Below, one piece after another: positions 19,222-29,197 of a stretch of 64,000 nt of DNA. The DNA comes from an uncultured Planctomycetota bacterium. GTDB lineage: Bacteria > Planctomycetota > Planctomycetia > Pirellulales > Lacipirellulaceae. Both the position numbers and the translations under genes were made by a program. The notes beneath the pieces are model-generated. The model was given only the letters and a program-made list of their open reading frames with translations. It had not been told where the DNA came from and ran no database searches. Each line of letters starts with the position of its first letter. Within the stretch, counting starts at the first letter, position 1. Location of the stretch: positions 416,001 through 480,000 of the forward strand of contig CAVRBU010000002.1 in NCBI GenBank assembly GCA_963719315.1. The letters run 5' to 3'.

Positions 19222-20364
19222 ATGAACAGCATCGCTCGCAACCCAACCCGCCCTATCCGCATCGGCACGATTACGATCGGCGCCGGTAATCCGATTGCCG
19301 TCCAAAGCATGACGGCGACTCAGACGCGCGATATCGACGCGACGGTCCGCCAAGTGAATGCGCTCGCTGATGCGCGGGCCGACGTCGTTCGCATCGCTGT
19401 CGATAGCACGCCGGAAGCCGACGCCGTTGCCGAAATTCGTAGGCAAACTAGGGCGAATCTGGTCGTCGATCTGCAAGAAAACTACCGGCTCGCGCAGCGG
19501 ATCGCGCCGCACGTCGATAAGCTCCGCTACAACCCGGGCCACCTCTACCACCACGAACGCGAAAAGCCGTGGCAGGAGAAAGTGAAGTATCTGGTCGCGG
19601 TTGCCCGGGACAATGACTGCGCGATCCGCATCGGCGTGAACTGCGGGAGCGTCGATCCGGCGCAACAGGCCAAGTACGATCCGGCCGACCGTCTCTCGCC
19701 GATGCTCGACAGTGCGCTCGACCACTGCCGGCTGCTCGATGAGATCGGCTTCACGCGGTACTGCGTTTCGCTCAAGGATTCCGATCCGCGCGAGGTGATT
19801 GAAGTCAACCGCCGCTTCGCCGAAGCTCGGCCGGATGTGCCGCTGCACCTCGGCGTGACCGAAGCCGGCCTGCCGCCCGACGGCATCATCAAAACGCGGA
19901 TCGCGTTCGAGCAGCTCATCAGCCGCGGCATCGGCGATACGATACGCGTCTCGCTCACCGTGCCGAACGATCGCAAGCCGGAGGAAATCGCCGCCGGCCG
20001 CAGTATTCTGGAGGACATCGCCGCCGGCCGCGTCCGCTCGGTCGTCGACTACGGCCTCTCGACGCTCAACATTATCAGTTGCCCCAGTTGCTCGCGCGTC
20101 GAGAACGAAGCCTTCGTCGAGTTAGCACAAGACGTGAAAGAAATGGCCCAATACGCCCGCGAGCACAAAATCACGATCGCCGTGATGGGCTGCCGCGTCA
20201 ACGGTCCCGGCGAAACCGACGAAGCCGACCTCGGCCTCTGGTGCGGTCCCAACTACGTCAACCTAAAACGCCGCAGCGTAACGATCGGGCAGTTTCCGTA
20301 TGATGCGATTCTGCCGAAGTTGAAACAAGAGCTCGATTCACTAATCTCGCGACAGACATCTTAA
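19222..20364 (+). CDS. ispG: 4-hydroxy-3-methylbut-2-en-1-yl diphosphate synthase
   Basis: [56 protein letters not shown]. Confidence 0.97.
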   Translation: MNSIARNPTRPIRIGTITIGAGNPIAVQSMTATQTRDIDATVRQVNALADARADVVRIAVDSTPEADAVAEIRRQTRANLVVDLQENYRLAQRIAPHVDKLRYNPGHLYHHEREKPWQEKVKYLVAVARDNDCAIRIGVNCGSVDPAQQAKYDPADRLSPMLDSALDHCRLLDEIGFTRYCVSLKDSDPREVIEVNRRFAEARPDVPLHLGVTEAGLPPDGIIKTRIAFEQLISRGIGDTIRVSLTVPNDRKPEEIAAGRSILEDIAAGRVRSVVDYGLSTLNIISCPSCSRVENEAFVELAQDVKEMAQYAREHKITIAVMGCRVNGPGETDEADLGLWCGPNYVNLKRRSVTIGQFPYDAILPKLKQELDSLISRQTS

Positions 20365-20400
20365 AGAACACATCTATCTAGCCGTGGCGTCGGGGGCGAT

Positions 20401-21192
20401 ATGTCGAGCGGTGACATTATCATTTCGGAAAAGAATCTGCGCGACCGAAATGAGTGGCTTAAAGCGCACAAGCCAACCATTGAGCCGTTTCTGAAGGGTG
20501 GCCGTGATTGCGTCGTTTTCACATTTTCGCGCAAATCGTCATCCGATCGGCTTGCAACGCGTGTTGGTGGTTTGCCGTATTGGCCAAAGGACGACCCCTG
20601 GCCAGTATGCGGATCGTGCGGCGAACCATTGGCTTTCGCGGCGCAGATTGACTTTCGCCACAAGTCCGTGCGAAAGTCCGTTCCGGGCGACGTACTCACA
20701 TTCCATTACTGTTTCGATTGCAGTCCGTGGACCAGCGACGAGACTGAGCAATCGCTTCTGACGTGGCACAATTTCGATTCGACCGTGCGTTTAATCCGCG
20801 AACCCGTCGTGCCATCATCACTTGAAGATGATGAGCCCGGCCCAGTTTTTGGTGAACCGCATGAGGCCATCGATTATCCAACACCTTCCGAAGCGTTCGG
20901 CGGCTCCATTATCAAAGGGGAGCGCTACACATTTCGACAGTTTTCTTTGGAGGGAACAAAAATCGGGGGTTACCCACCGCCAATTCAACAAGTGGAAATT
21001 CCATTAGACCGTACCGGCAGGCCGATGCGTTTTCTTGGAACTATCGGCTCATTGCAAGTCTCAGAATTGCCAACAAGGAAATCGAACCAACCAGCTTGTG
21101 GCGACCTCATGTGGCAAGACATGGGATCAATATATCTTTGGCTCAGCGGCGGTAAAAATCCGGAACTGATTTGGTTTCTGCTGTGCTACTAA
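20401..21192 (+). CDS. DUF1963/YwqG-like protein
   Basis: TRVGGLPYWP..WPVC..CGEPLAFAAQID; GTKIGGYP..IQ; MWQDMGSIYLW. Confidence 0.75.
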   Translation: MSSGDIIISEKNLRDRNEWLKAHKPTIEPFLKGGRDCVVFTFSRKSSSDRLATRVGGLPYWPKDDPWPVCGSCGEPLAFAAQIDFRHKSVRKSVPGDVLTFHYCFDCSPWTSDETEQSLLTWHNFDSTVRLIREPVVPSSLEDDEPGPVFGEPHEAIDYPTPSEAFGGSIIKGERYTFRQFSLEGTKIGGYPPPIQQVEIPLDRTGRPMRFLGTIGSLQVSELPTRKSNQPACGDLMWQDMGSIYLWLSGGKNPELIWFLLCY

Positions 21193-21311
21193 CAGTCTGA
21201 ATAGGTTGCCGTTTTTTTGGATCCTTTCGGCAGATTGGATGTGCGTTCTGAATCAGACGATATGCTATGCTCGGTGTCGTTTTGTGCTAGAATTGAACAG
21301 GAGGTCGAGCA

Positions 21312-21674
21312 ATGGCCAACGTTATTCCAAGTCGCATCGAATCCGATCAAGACTTAATGCACGCCGTTTATCGGCAAGGTGGTGCGGAGCGCGCTATGGC
21401 ACCTCACGTCGTGTACAAGGATCCCGGCTGCCCACACGCTGGCTGCCAACAAAATCTCCAAGCTGTCGACTTCCGATTGGAAGCATTTGGTCGACCTGTG
21501 CATGATCCGCTAGTGCGCGCTTGGTGGAGCAACGTCGGCTTTGCCGGTCAATGCCCGAGCTGCCACGGATGGATTCATTTCACGATCCAAGGCAAACGTG
21601 CGATCGATGAAGCGGAGGCCCAAACTTTGCCGCAGCTTCCGAGCGATTGGGCCGACGAGGCGACGATCCTTTAA
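21312..21674 (+). CDS. Small hypothetical protein with putative Zn-binding cysteines
   Basis: Strong AGGAGG RBS; CPHAGC and CPSC motifs. Confidence 0.65.
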   Translation: MANVIPSRIESDQDLMHAVYRQGGAERAMAPHVVYKDPGCPHAGCQQNLQAVDFRLEAFGRPVHDPLVRAWWSNVGFAGQCPSCHGWIHFTIQGKRAIDEAEAQTLPQLPSDWADEATIL

Positions 21675-21681
21675 TCAATTC

Positions 21682-22413
21682 TCACGCCACAGCTGCGGGC
21701 GCTCCACTCGGCAGCAGCACGTAATTCCCGCCTAACTCCCACGACGGCGGGCTGTGCCGTTCGGCGCTCGTGCATGGCGTTAGACGGCCATACTCAAATT
21801 GAAAGATCGCGTATCCGAGTTGTTGAGCCAGCCGGAACATCCGCTCACGGTACGCCTTTCTTGGCGTACTCCATTCCACAAGGACTTGTGGCCGATCTTC
21901 GCGGAGCGTGCGTTCGGCGCCGGCCAGCACTTCGGCTTCGTGAGTTTCAACATTGCACTTGATGAACCGCACCGGCCGCAGCTCGGGGTGCGCGTCGACG
22001 TACTCGTCGATCGTCATAACCGGCACATCGAATACTTCGGTGTCGTCATCGTCAAAGCAGAACTCGTCGAGAGTCGCCGAGTTCCAGTGCCTGCGAGGCC
22101 GATGCATCCGCAGGCTGCCACTATGCGACGACAGCCCGACCGGCGCAATCTGCATCCGCTCCAGATGGAACGACTGCTTGAAGTCCGTGAGGTATTCCGC
22201 CAACTCCGGCTGAGGCTCGAACGCAACGACGCGCGTCCCCTCGCGGAAGTGGTGGTGCATCCAATAACTGTATTCGCCGCGGTGGGCGCCGATATCGAGC
22301 ACCGACCCGCCGCTGAAGTGCCGCGTGAGCAAAAACCGTAACTCGGTCCACTCGGCACTCAGACGGTAGCGCAACAAGCGGACGAACATTCGCAATCGTT
22401 GAAACCACTTCAT
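21682..22413 (-). CDS. FkbM-family methyltransferase
   Basis: VLDIGAHRGEY, VVAFEPQP, TIDE, FIKCNVETHE. Confidence 0.85.
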   Translation of the reverse strand: MKWFQRLRMFVRLLRYRLSAEWTELRFLLTRHFSGGSVLDIGAHRGEYSYWMHHHFREGTRVVAFEPQPELAEYLTDFKQSFHLERMQIAPVGLSSHSGSLRMHRPRRHWNSATLDEFCFDDDDTEVFDVPVMTIDEYVDAHPELRPVRFIKCNVETHEAEVLAGAERTLREDRPQVLVEWSTPRKAYRERMFRLAQQLGYAIFQFEYGRLTPCTSAERHSPPSWELGGNYVLLPSGAPAAVA

Positions 22414-22628
22414 GAGGTTGAATCCGTTCAGCTATCAGTGCGTCAGCCTTTCCAGATTGCAGGCGTGCTAGCGCCGCCTATACCGCCTGACTACCGCGAG
22501 TTGTCAGGCTCAAGCCTGGCGTACAGGAATCTATTGACGATAGCCGCCAGCGTTGTTAACTACGTGCGCCGCGCCCGTGCTGCGCGCCTCCGATCAACCT
22601 AGTCTCCTGACGTGATACGGACAGCACG

Positions 22629-23995
22629 TTGACACAGTTCAAACGACTCAACGCTGGCACGCGACGAACGCACATCTGGCTGCGGCCGGGCTTTTTGCTG
22701 GTTTCGATCATCGGAGCTGGCGGAACCGTGGCGCTGCTGGCAACGACGCTGCCGGCCCAGCGGGTGCAGTTCCCGACTCCGGCACAGCCGGTGCAGATGA
22801 CGAGTCCGTACACGGTCGCGCCGAGCCCGTACAACGTGCCGGCCACGCCCGCGCCGCCGGCGTACGCCGCTCCCTACACGGTGCCTTCAGCACCAGCGCC
22901 TGCCGTTACCGGTCCGTATCCGGCGACGCCGTACGGCGCACGGCGCCAACGTATGCTCCCGCGGCAGTGGGGCCACCGCCGACTTTCGATCCGTATGCCG
23001 TCGGCGGTTCGATCGCGCCCGCGCCGCCGGCTGTGCCTTACACGCCGTATGGCCCCCCGCCGGCTCCGACGTTCGCCCAACCGGGCGCGGCGATTGCGCC
23101 GAGCCCAAGTCCGTTCCAATATCAGCCCGCGCCGTACGATATCAATCCGAACGGCGAGGGTTACTGGGCGAAGACGCAAAAGTTTCTGCAAGAGTTGAGC
23201 TTCGAGTACACGTTTCTGTACGGCAAGCACTCGAACCCGAACGACTTCGGGCTGAACCGGGCGGAGATTTCGAGCACGTTCGCGTTCCCGATGTTCTACA
23301 ACATCGAGACGCCGCTGCTCGTGACACCCGGCTTCGCCGTCGATTGGCTGCAAGGGCCGCTGAGCGGTCCACCCATTCCGGGACCGCCCGTCATGGCGGG
23401 TGGGCCCGACTTGCCGCCGCAAACGTATGATGCGTACCTCGATTTCGCGTGGTTTCCGCACTGCTACGAATGGCTGAGCGGGGAACTCGGCTTTCGCACG
23501 GGCGTGTACAGCGATTTCAACGTCTTCAATTCGGATTCGATTCGCTTCATGGGCCGCGCCGCGGCGGACGTCGCGATCGCGCCCAATACGGACGTCGTCT
23601 TCGGCGTGGCCTACCTCGATCGCGTCGATGTCAAGATATTGCCAGTGATCGGCGTCTATTATCGGCCCACGCCCGATTGGGATATGTACCTAGTGTTCCC
23701 GAACCCAAAGATACGCAAGTTTCTGGCCGCAGTGGGCACCACGAAGTGGTACGGTTACGCGGCCGGCGAATACGGCGGCGGCTCCTGGACCGTGGCTCGC
23801 CAAACGACCGACGACCGCATCGATTACAACGACATTCGCGTGATCGGCGGCTTGGAATGGGAGACACAATCGCAGATTCGCGGTCATGTCGAAGCTGGTT
23901 TCGTGTTCGATCGCGAGATCGTGTTCGTCTCCCGCGACCCGCCGAATTTCAAGCCGAACGACACGTTCATGCTGCGGGCGGGCGTTGATTTCTAG
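22629..23995 (+). CDS. Secreted protein with Pro-rich linker and predicted outer-membrane beta-barrel (DUF6268-like), frameshift near 22940
   Basis: Signal-like N-terminus, Pro/Tyr-rich region, alternating beta strands, FPNPK motif, terminal MLRAGVDF. Confidence 0.65.
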
Positions 23996-24078
23996 GGGCG
24001 AGGAGCGAGTAACGAGGAGTGGGGAGTGGGGAGTGGGGAGTGAGAATTTGGCTCACAGTTCATTGCCGAGAAACGACG

Positions 24079-25224
24079 ATGCGAGGACCGATTGCGATTC
24101 TTACGTTGGTACTCTTCATCAGCCCCTCGGCGGCGCAATCGCCATACCCCGTAGCGACAGGGCCAAACGCGGCTTGGGGCGGCTATGCACTGCCCGCGCA
24201 GGTCCCCTATCAACCCACGTTGCCGAGCGAGCCGGTCGTTGGCACTTCCGAGCCCACGAATCCGATTTGGCAAACGTACCCGCCGACCTTCGATGCGAGC
24301 GGCCAGGCGGTGATGCTTGATGGCGCCGCGCCGATCGGACCGTCCGTCGCGATGCCGGGCGACGCGCCGCCCGATCCGGGTTACTCGATTGCGTCGGAAC
24401 CCGACTTAAAGCAATCGTTGATTCCGCCAGGCTCGCGAAACGGCTTCTTTCAAAAAGCCAGGTTCACCGCCACGTGGCTGCCGCAGCTCGATTCCTTCTC
24501 CTTGGGGTGGACCGATCTGCGAACGGAAATCGTTACGGCTCTGCCGTTTTTTACGCGCGAGAATCCGATCATCATCACGCCCAGCTATGAGCTACATTTT
24601 TTGCAGGCCCCGGCGAACATCGCCCTGCCGTCGCGATTGCACGATGCGGCCATCGACTTTCACATTTTTCGCGTGTTCGACAATCATTGGATCGCCAACG
24701 TCGCGGTGACGCCCGGATTGTACGCCGACGATTACAGTTTTGATTCGAGCGATGCGCTGCGGATCAACGGCCGGGCGATTGGCGTGTACGCACCGACCGT
24801 CGATGTGAAGTGGGCGCTGGGCGTCACTTACCTCGACGGAGCTTGGTCGAAGGTAATTCCGGTCGCTGGCGTCATCTACACGCCGAATGACAACGTCGAG
24901 TATCAGTTGCTATTTCCCACGCCGCGCGTGTCTTGGCGGCTGCCCGGTTCGCCGATCCCGGGCCGCGACGATCGTTGGGTTTACGTGGCCGTCGAGTACG
25001 GCAATTCGGCCTGGGCGATTCAGGACCCGAATGGAGCGCCCGACGTATTCGCGTCGCGCGACTACCGGTTGATTTTCGGCTTGGAGCGGAAGGTCGTCGG
25101 CGGAATCTCGCAAAGGGTCGAGATTGGTTATGTATTCAATCGCGATATCAAGCTCTCCAACATTTCGGGAAACGATATCAGCATGGACGACACGCTGCTT
25201 TTGCGGGCCGGGATTTCGTATTAG
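24079..25224 (+). CDS. Paralogous predicted outer-membrane beta-barrel protein (DUF6268-like)
   Basis: Signal peptide; FPTPR motif, EYG..W, terminal LLRAGISY similar to upstream gene. Confidence 0.7.
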   Translation: MRGPIAILTLVLFISPSAAQSPYPVATGPNAAWGGYALPAQVPYQPTLPSEPVVGTSEPTNPIWQTYPPTFDASGQAVMLDGAAPIGPSVAMPGDAPPDPGYSIASEPDLKQSLIPPGSRNGFFQKARFTATWLPQLDSFSLGWTDLRTEIVTALPFFTRENPIIITPSYELHFLQAPANIALPSRLHDAAIDFHIFRVFDNHWIANVAVTPGLYADDYSFDSSDALRINGRAIGVYAPTVDVKWALGVTYLDGAWSKVIPVAGVIYTPNDNVEYQLLFPTPRVSWRLPGSPIPGRDDRWVYVAVEYGNSAWAIQDPNGAPDVFASRDYRLIFGLERKVVGGISQRVEIGYVFNRDIKLSNISGNDISMDDTLLLRAGISY

Positions 25225-25306
25225 TAGGTTCCTTCTGCCGGGAGGGACCTAATGCGATATTCGACGTTACACCGGGGCCAGGTCCCGCTCGGCAAGCGGG
25301 ACCTAC
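25224..25306. repeat. GTAG-footed REP inverted pair (second family)
   Basis: GTAGGTTCCTTCTGCCGGGAGGGACCT ... AGGTCCCGCTCGGCAAGCGGGACCTAC. Confidence 0.7.
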
Positions 25307-25391
25307 TTCGACCCGTTGCAAACTGCGGGGTGGTGGTTCAGAATTGGAAGCTACCCCCTTCCAGCCCACCACCCCCACCTGGAACACCACG

Positions 25392-26084
25392 ATGTCAAGT
25401 CGCGTCCGCGGTATCGCTTTCTTCACACTTGTTTCGATGTTTCTGCCCAGCATCGTCCTGGCGGGCGATGCGATAGAACTATTCAACGGCAAGGATCTGA
25501 CGGGTTGGACCAAGCGCGGCGGTAAAGCCACGTACACCGTCGAGAATGGCGTAGTCGTGGGCCACAGTGCGCCGAACTCCACGAACACGTTCCTGTGCAC
25601 GAATAAGGATTACGGCGATTTCGAGCTCGAATACGATTTCAAGATCAAGGACAAGGATTTTAACTCGGGCGTCCAGATTCGCAGCCACGCGCGGCCGGAA
25701 GGAGCGGAAGAACGCGTTTACGGCTATCAGATCGAGATCGACCCGTCCGACCGGGCCTGGACCGCTGGCATATATTTCGAAGGGGGTAGCAAAGACAAGG
25801 ATGGCAATTGGATTCGCAAAGGCAGTTGGCTGGACGATCTTAAAGACAATGTGCCGGCCCAGAAAGCGTTCAAGTTGGGTGAGTGGAATCACGTTCGCGT
25901 CGTGGCCAAAGGCCGGCGAATTCAAACCTGGTTAAACGGCGTACCCGCCGGCGATTTCACGGATACCGATGACAAGGCCTTCGCTCCGACTGGCCTGATC
26001 GCGCTGCAAGTTCACACGGTCGGCAAAAAGACGGAGCCGAAGGAGATTCGCTGGAAGAATATCAAGCTCACTGAGCTCCATTAG
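25392..26084 (+). CDS. DUF1080 (3-keto-disaccharide hydrolase family) protein
   Basis: LFNGKDLTGW, YGDFEL, NSGVQIRS, GYQIEID, EWNHVRV, IALQVH, WKNIKL. Confidence 0.92.
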   Translation: MSSRVRGIAFFTLVSMFLPSIVLAGDAIELFNGKDLTGWTKRGGKATYTVENGVVVGHSAPNSTNTFLCTNKDYGDFELEYDFKIKDKDFNSGVQIRSHARPEGAEERVYGYQIEIDPSDRAWTAGIYFEGGSKDKDGNWIRKGSWLDDLKDNVPAQKAFKLGEWNHVRVVAKGRRIQTWLNGVPAGDFTDTDDKAFAPTGLIALQVHTVGKKTEPKEIRWKNIKLTELH

Positions 26085-26682
26085 CGCCGCCTGTAAGCGC
26101 ACCAATCAATTTCCCAGTGCAGAAATAAAGCATCGGCTGAAGAGCAGGAGGCATTTTTTGCAACCGCACGTTTCGTCACGGAACCGATCGAGGCTGGGGA
26201 CCGGGTGGCGAATCGTGCGGCTCCTTGGTTGGAGTGGGCACCGGCTTTTCCGTTCCTGGCGGCGGAGGCACATCGCGAGGTCCGCGCAACGGAACATCGA
26301 TGGGTTCCTTCACCGGCACGTCGGTGGGAATTGGCCGGGCCGGTGGTGGCGGCGGATCTTCGATCCCGTCGTAGATTGAATGCGCGGGCACGAGAGTTTG
26401 GATCGTTCGCCGTCCTCGACCGCCCGACCGTAACTCGGACCGCAATATCTCATCGTAGATCGGGTTTCCGGGGCTGGCCCACAGAGGCGGCAACAGCCAT
26501 CTGGTGAACGAGCGTAACATGATGCGCCTCGAACTTTCTGTTCCAACCGGCACGCCAACGCTGCCGCATTGGCATCCGCTGAACGACAGGACAAGGTAGA
26601 GGCAAATCGCGTGCCAGCGATCGCGCCCAAAGCGCGCAAGTGATTCCAGCAGCGAGACTTAGTAATCGATCGAGCGCGAAAC

Positions 26683-27456
26683 TTAACGCAAGATTCTTGA
26701 GCCAACTGCTCGAATTGCGGTCGAATCGACGCGGTCGAGACGCGTGTACCGCGGATGCTTGCCGTCCTTGTAAGGATCGTTGCTTTTGGCGTTGTAACAG
26801 CAAACAAGCGCCCAGCGGTCGTTTTCAGACCGGTTCTGGTCGCTGCGATGCAACAGATTCGCGTGAAAGAACAACGCGTCGCCGGGGTTCATTTCAACGT
26901 ACTTAAGCTCAAGTCTTTCAGCGGCCGCGGCAACGCGCTCCGGATCGGCGCCGGTTTGGTCGCCCGTTTTAACGTGCGTGATGCGACCCATTTGATGGGA
27001 GCCACGCCATACTTGCAGGCAGCCGTTCGCACGGGTGGCCGGATCGACGGCGACGAACACGCTACATAAATTCGGAAACAGCACGCCGTTGTCGTACCAG
27101 TAGCCGTAATCCTGATGCCACGCCCAGGCGCCGCCGGTGCGAGCTTCCTTCATGATCATCTTCGAGTGGTAGTGGTACGGCTCGTCGCACAGAATCTGTT
27201 CGACGCGATCGACGATCCGCTCGTTGCGGCTGAACATGCCGTAAAGATCGTCGCCAGGATGATTCCAAAGCGAAAGCCGCACACTGCCCCCTTCCCCGTC
27301 GTTGCGTCCGTAGGCTTGCTGGTCGAGCGCTCGATCGCGCTTGGCCGTATCTCGTAGCATATCGATTTCATCTCGATCGAAGAGCTGCGGCGCGAGGAGA
27401 TAGCCGTCGCGTTCGTAGCTGGCGAGATCATCGATTGTCAAAGGAGAGTCTGGCAT
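26683..27456 (-). CDS. Phytanoyl-CoA dioxygenase (PhyH/EctD-like) Fe(II)/2OG oxygenase
   Basis: WHQDYGYW, NGCL..GSH, GDALFFH..LLHRS..N.S..R. Confidence 0.9.
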   Translation of the reverse strand: MPDSPLTIDDLASYERDGYLLAPQLFDRDEIDMLRDTAKRDRALDQQAYGRNDGEGGSVRLSLWNHPGDDLYGMFSRNERIVDRVEQILCDEPYHYHSKMIMKEARTGGAWAWHQDYGYWYDNGVLFPNLCSVFVAVDPATRANGCLQVWRGSHQMGRITHVKTGDQTGADPERVAAAAERLELKYVEMNPGDALFFHANLLHRSDQNRSENDRWALVCCYNAKSNDPYKDGKHPRYTRLDRVDSTAIRAVGSRILR

Positions 27457-27463
27457 TTGGCGA

Positions 27464-29083
27464 CTAACTTCGCATCTTCGATACGGTGGTGATCACGGCG
27501 AGGGCGGTGAAAAATACGCCGCCGAACATTAGGCCAATGCGAATGAACCAGTTAGGCCGCAGTTCGCGCGGAAGCAAAAGTACGTTCACTGCTAACACGT
27601 GCAGGCAACTGAAACCGAGGGCCGCGTTGTAGATGCATGTGGCCCAAACGAGCAGTTCTTTGGGGTTCCAAAACGAGAGGGCGCTCAGACCGAAGACGGC
27701 ATAGCAGCAGACGGCGCCAAAATACAACCACCGGATGCGATGGGGATCCCAGCGGCGCACGAAGGGGACACCGGTCCAGCACAAATCGACCCAGCGACGG
27801 AGTGCGCCGTCGAACGTGCTGACGGCGGCGGGCGCGAGGACGAGGAAACCGCAGAATAGCGTCATGAACCAAAAGAATCCGCCGAAAGTCGGACCGACGG
27901 CGTTGCGCAGGCCGTCGGCCGTCATGCCGGCGGCGATCCAATCGCCTTTGGCCACCGTGCCCCGGGGCAAAAACTGCACCGAAAGCATGCTCGGCAGCGC
28001 GACGCCGACGAAACAGGCGGGCATCCAGACAATCAACTGATCGCGCAACAGGAAGCGATACCACTTGCGAAACCGCCCGATCGAATCGGCATTGATCGGG
28101 AACACCGATCCCACGTGGCAGAGCGTCAATTGCCGGCCGCCGACCATGCTCGGAATCGCGCCAACGTGTTTTCCCATTCCCCAGCCTTGATCGCGCGCGT
28201 AGCCACTCAAGGCGGTGTTTGTCAATCCGCCATTGCCGGAGATCGCGGCAAGGGCTGCGAGAACGGCGACCATGCTCATATCGAATTCGGGCAATGCGCG
28301 GCCCTGCCATAAGGCGACGAAAATGTTTTCGGTAATCGGCGGCCCGCTCGCGTCGGCGTTAAGAACCGGAACGGTCCCAAATTTGAAAAAGCCGGAGAGA
28401 ATATCGACCCATGTATCCGGCGTTGAATAGAGTGCCGCCACCGCGATCAGAAAACCGAACACGACCACGATCTTGAAGCTCATGATCGCTTTGAGCGAGT
28501 TGTAGACTTTGCCGCCGAAGATCAGCGGCAAGAGCGCCAAGATAAACACGACGTAGGTCAGGAAGCGAAGAAATACCTGGCCGGTCACGGCAAGACCGAG
28601 TACGTGATACGTTTTTGCCACATCCGGAATCTCGCCCAGGATCACGGCTCCGAGGGGCGTCGCGGCGTTGGCGACGAGATATGGAAAAACCGAACCGAAG
28701 TCGAGGAAAACGTAAATCACCAGCCAAAAGATTGGGCTGGGGAGCACGCGAAACTTTCCGGTGAAAATCGGCTCGCCAGAGTACAGCGTGTAACGGCAGA
28801 TCTCGAGGTTATAGATGACTTGTACGAGGATCGAGACGGTCGCGAGCCACAAGATCGCGCCACCGTAGCGGGCGGTGGTGAGCGGGCCGGCCAGCCATTC
28901 GCCGCCGCCAATTGCAGCGCCGGCCGCAACCAAGCCGGGACCGACCAGCAGGGCCCAACTGCGGAGCGTGAGATGTGGCGCCGGCGGCAGTTCGTTGGCA
29001 TCCCAGCGCGGCATGGCTTGCGAGCCGGGGTGGGGCGGCACGAAAGCGGGCACCGACTTCGAGGAATGAATTGCGTCGCCCAT
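27464..29083 (-). CDS. Nramp/YcsG-like membrane transporter
   Basis: GPGLV..GAAIGGGEW..GP...A.YG, RYTL..GE, many TM helices. Confidence 0.75.
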   Translation of the reverse strand: MGDAIHSSKSVPAFVPPHPGSQAMPRWDANELPPAPHLTLRSWALLVGPGLVAAGAAIGGGEWLAGPLTTARYGGAILWLATVSILVQVIYNLEICRYTLYSGEPIFTGKFRVLPSPIFWLVIYVFLDFGSVFPYLVANAATPLGAVILGEIPDVAKTYHVLGLAVTGQVFLRFLTYVVFILALLPLIFGGKVYNSLKAIMSFKIVVVFGFLIAVAALYSTPDTWVDILSGFFKFGTVPVLNADASGPPITENIFVALWQGRALPEFDMSMVAVLAALAAISGNGGLTNTALSGYARDQGWGMGKHVGAIPSMVGGRQLTLCHVGSVFPINADSIGRFRKWYRFLLRDQLIVWMPACFVGVALPSMLSVQFLPRGTVAKGDWIAAGMTADGLRNAVGPTFGGFFWFMTLFCGFLVLAPAAVSTFDGALRRWVDLCWTGVPFVRRWDPHRIRWLYFGAVCCYAVFGLSALSFWNPKELLVWATCIYNAALGFSCLHVLAVNVLLLPRELRPNWFIRIGLMFGGVFFTALAVITTVSKMRS

Positions 29084-29105
29084 TTCGCACCACCTGCGAG
29101 AGATT

Positions 29106-29197
29106 GTAGCCGAACTCGCAAGAGTTCAGCAGCCCAACAAGAACAATTGGTTCGGCTGTGTTCTTGCGAAACTCAGGCTGCGAGCGAATTCGGCTAC
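29106..29197. repeat. GTAG-family REP inverted pair; its foot overlaps the sulfatase stop codon
   Basis: GTAGCCGAACTCGCAAGAGTTC ... GCGAATTCGGCTAC. Confidence 0.6.

Noticed and set aside
21682..22413. FkbM motif variant KCNVETHE (usual KxDVEGxE) as an inactive enzyme
   Set aside because: SAM-binding motif I is intact, and the variation cannot be judged without an alignment.
24933..25391. N-terminal extension of the DUF1080 ORF
   Set aside because: It overlaps the previous gene and a REP pair; the signal peptide starts at 25392.
26176..26553. Pro-rich small ORF
   Set aside because: Possibly real, but the start is unclear and there is no family signature, so it is not listed as a feature.
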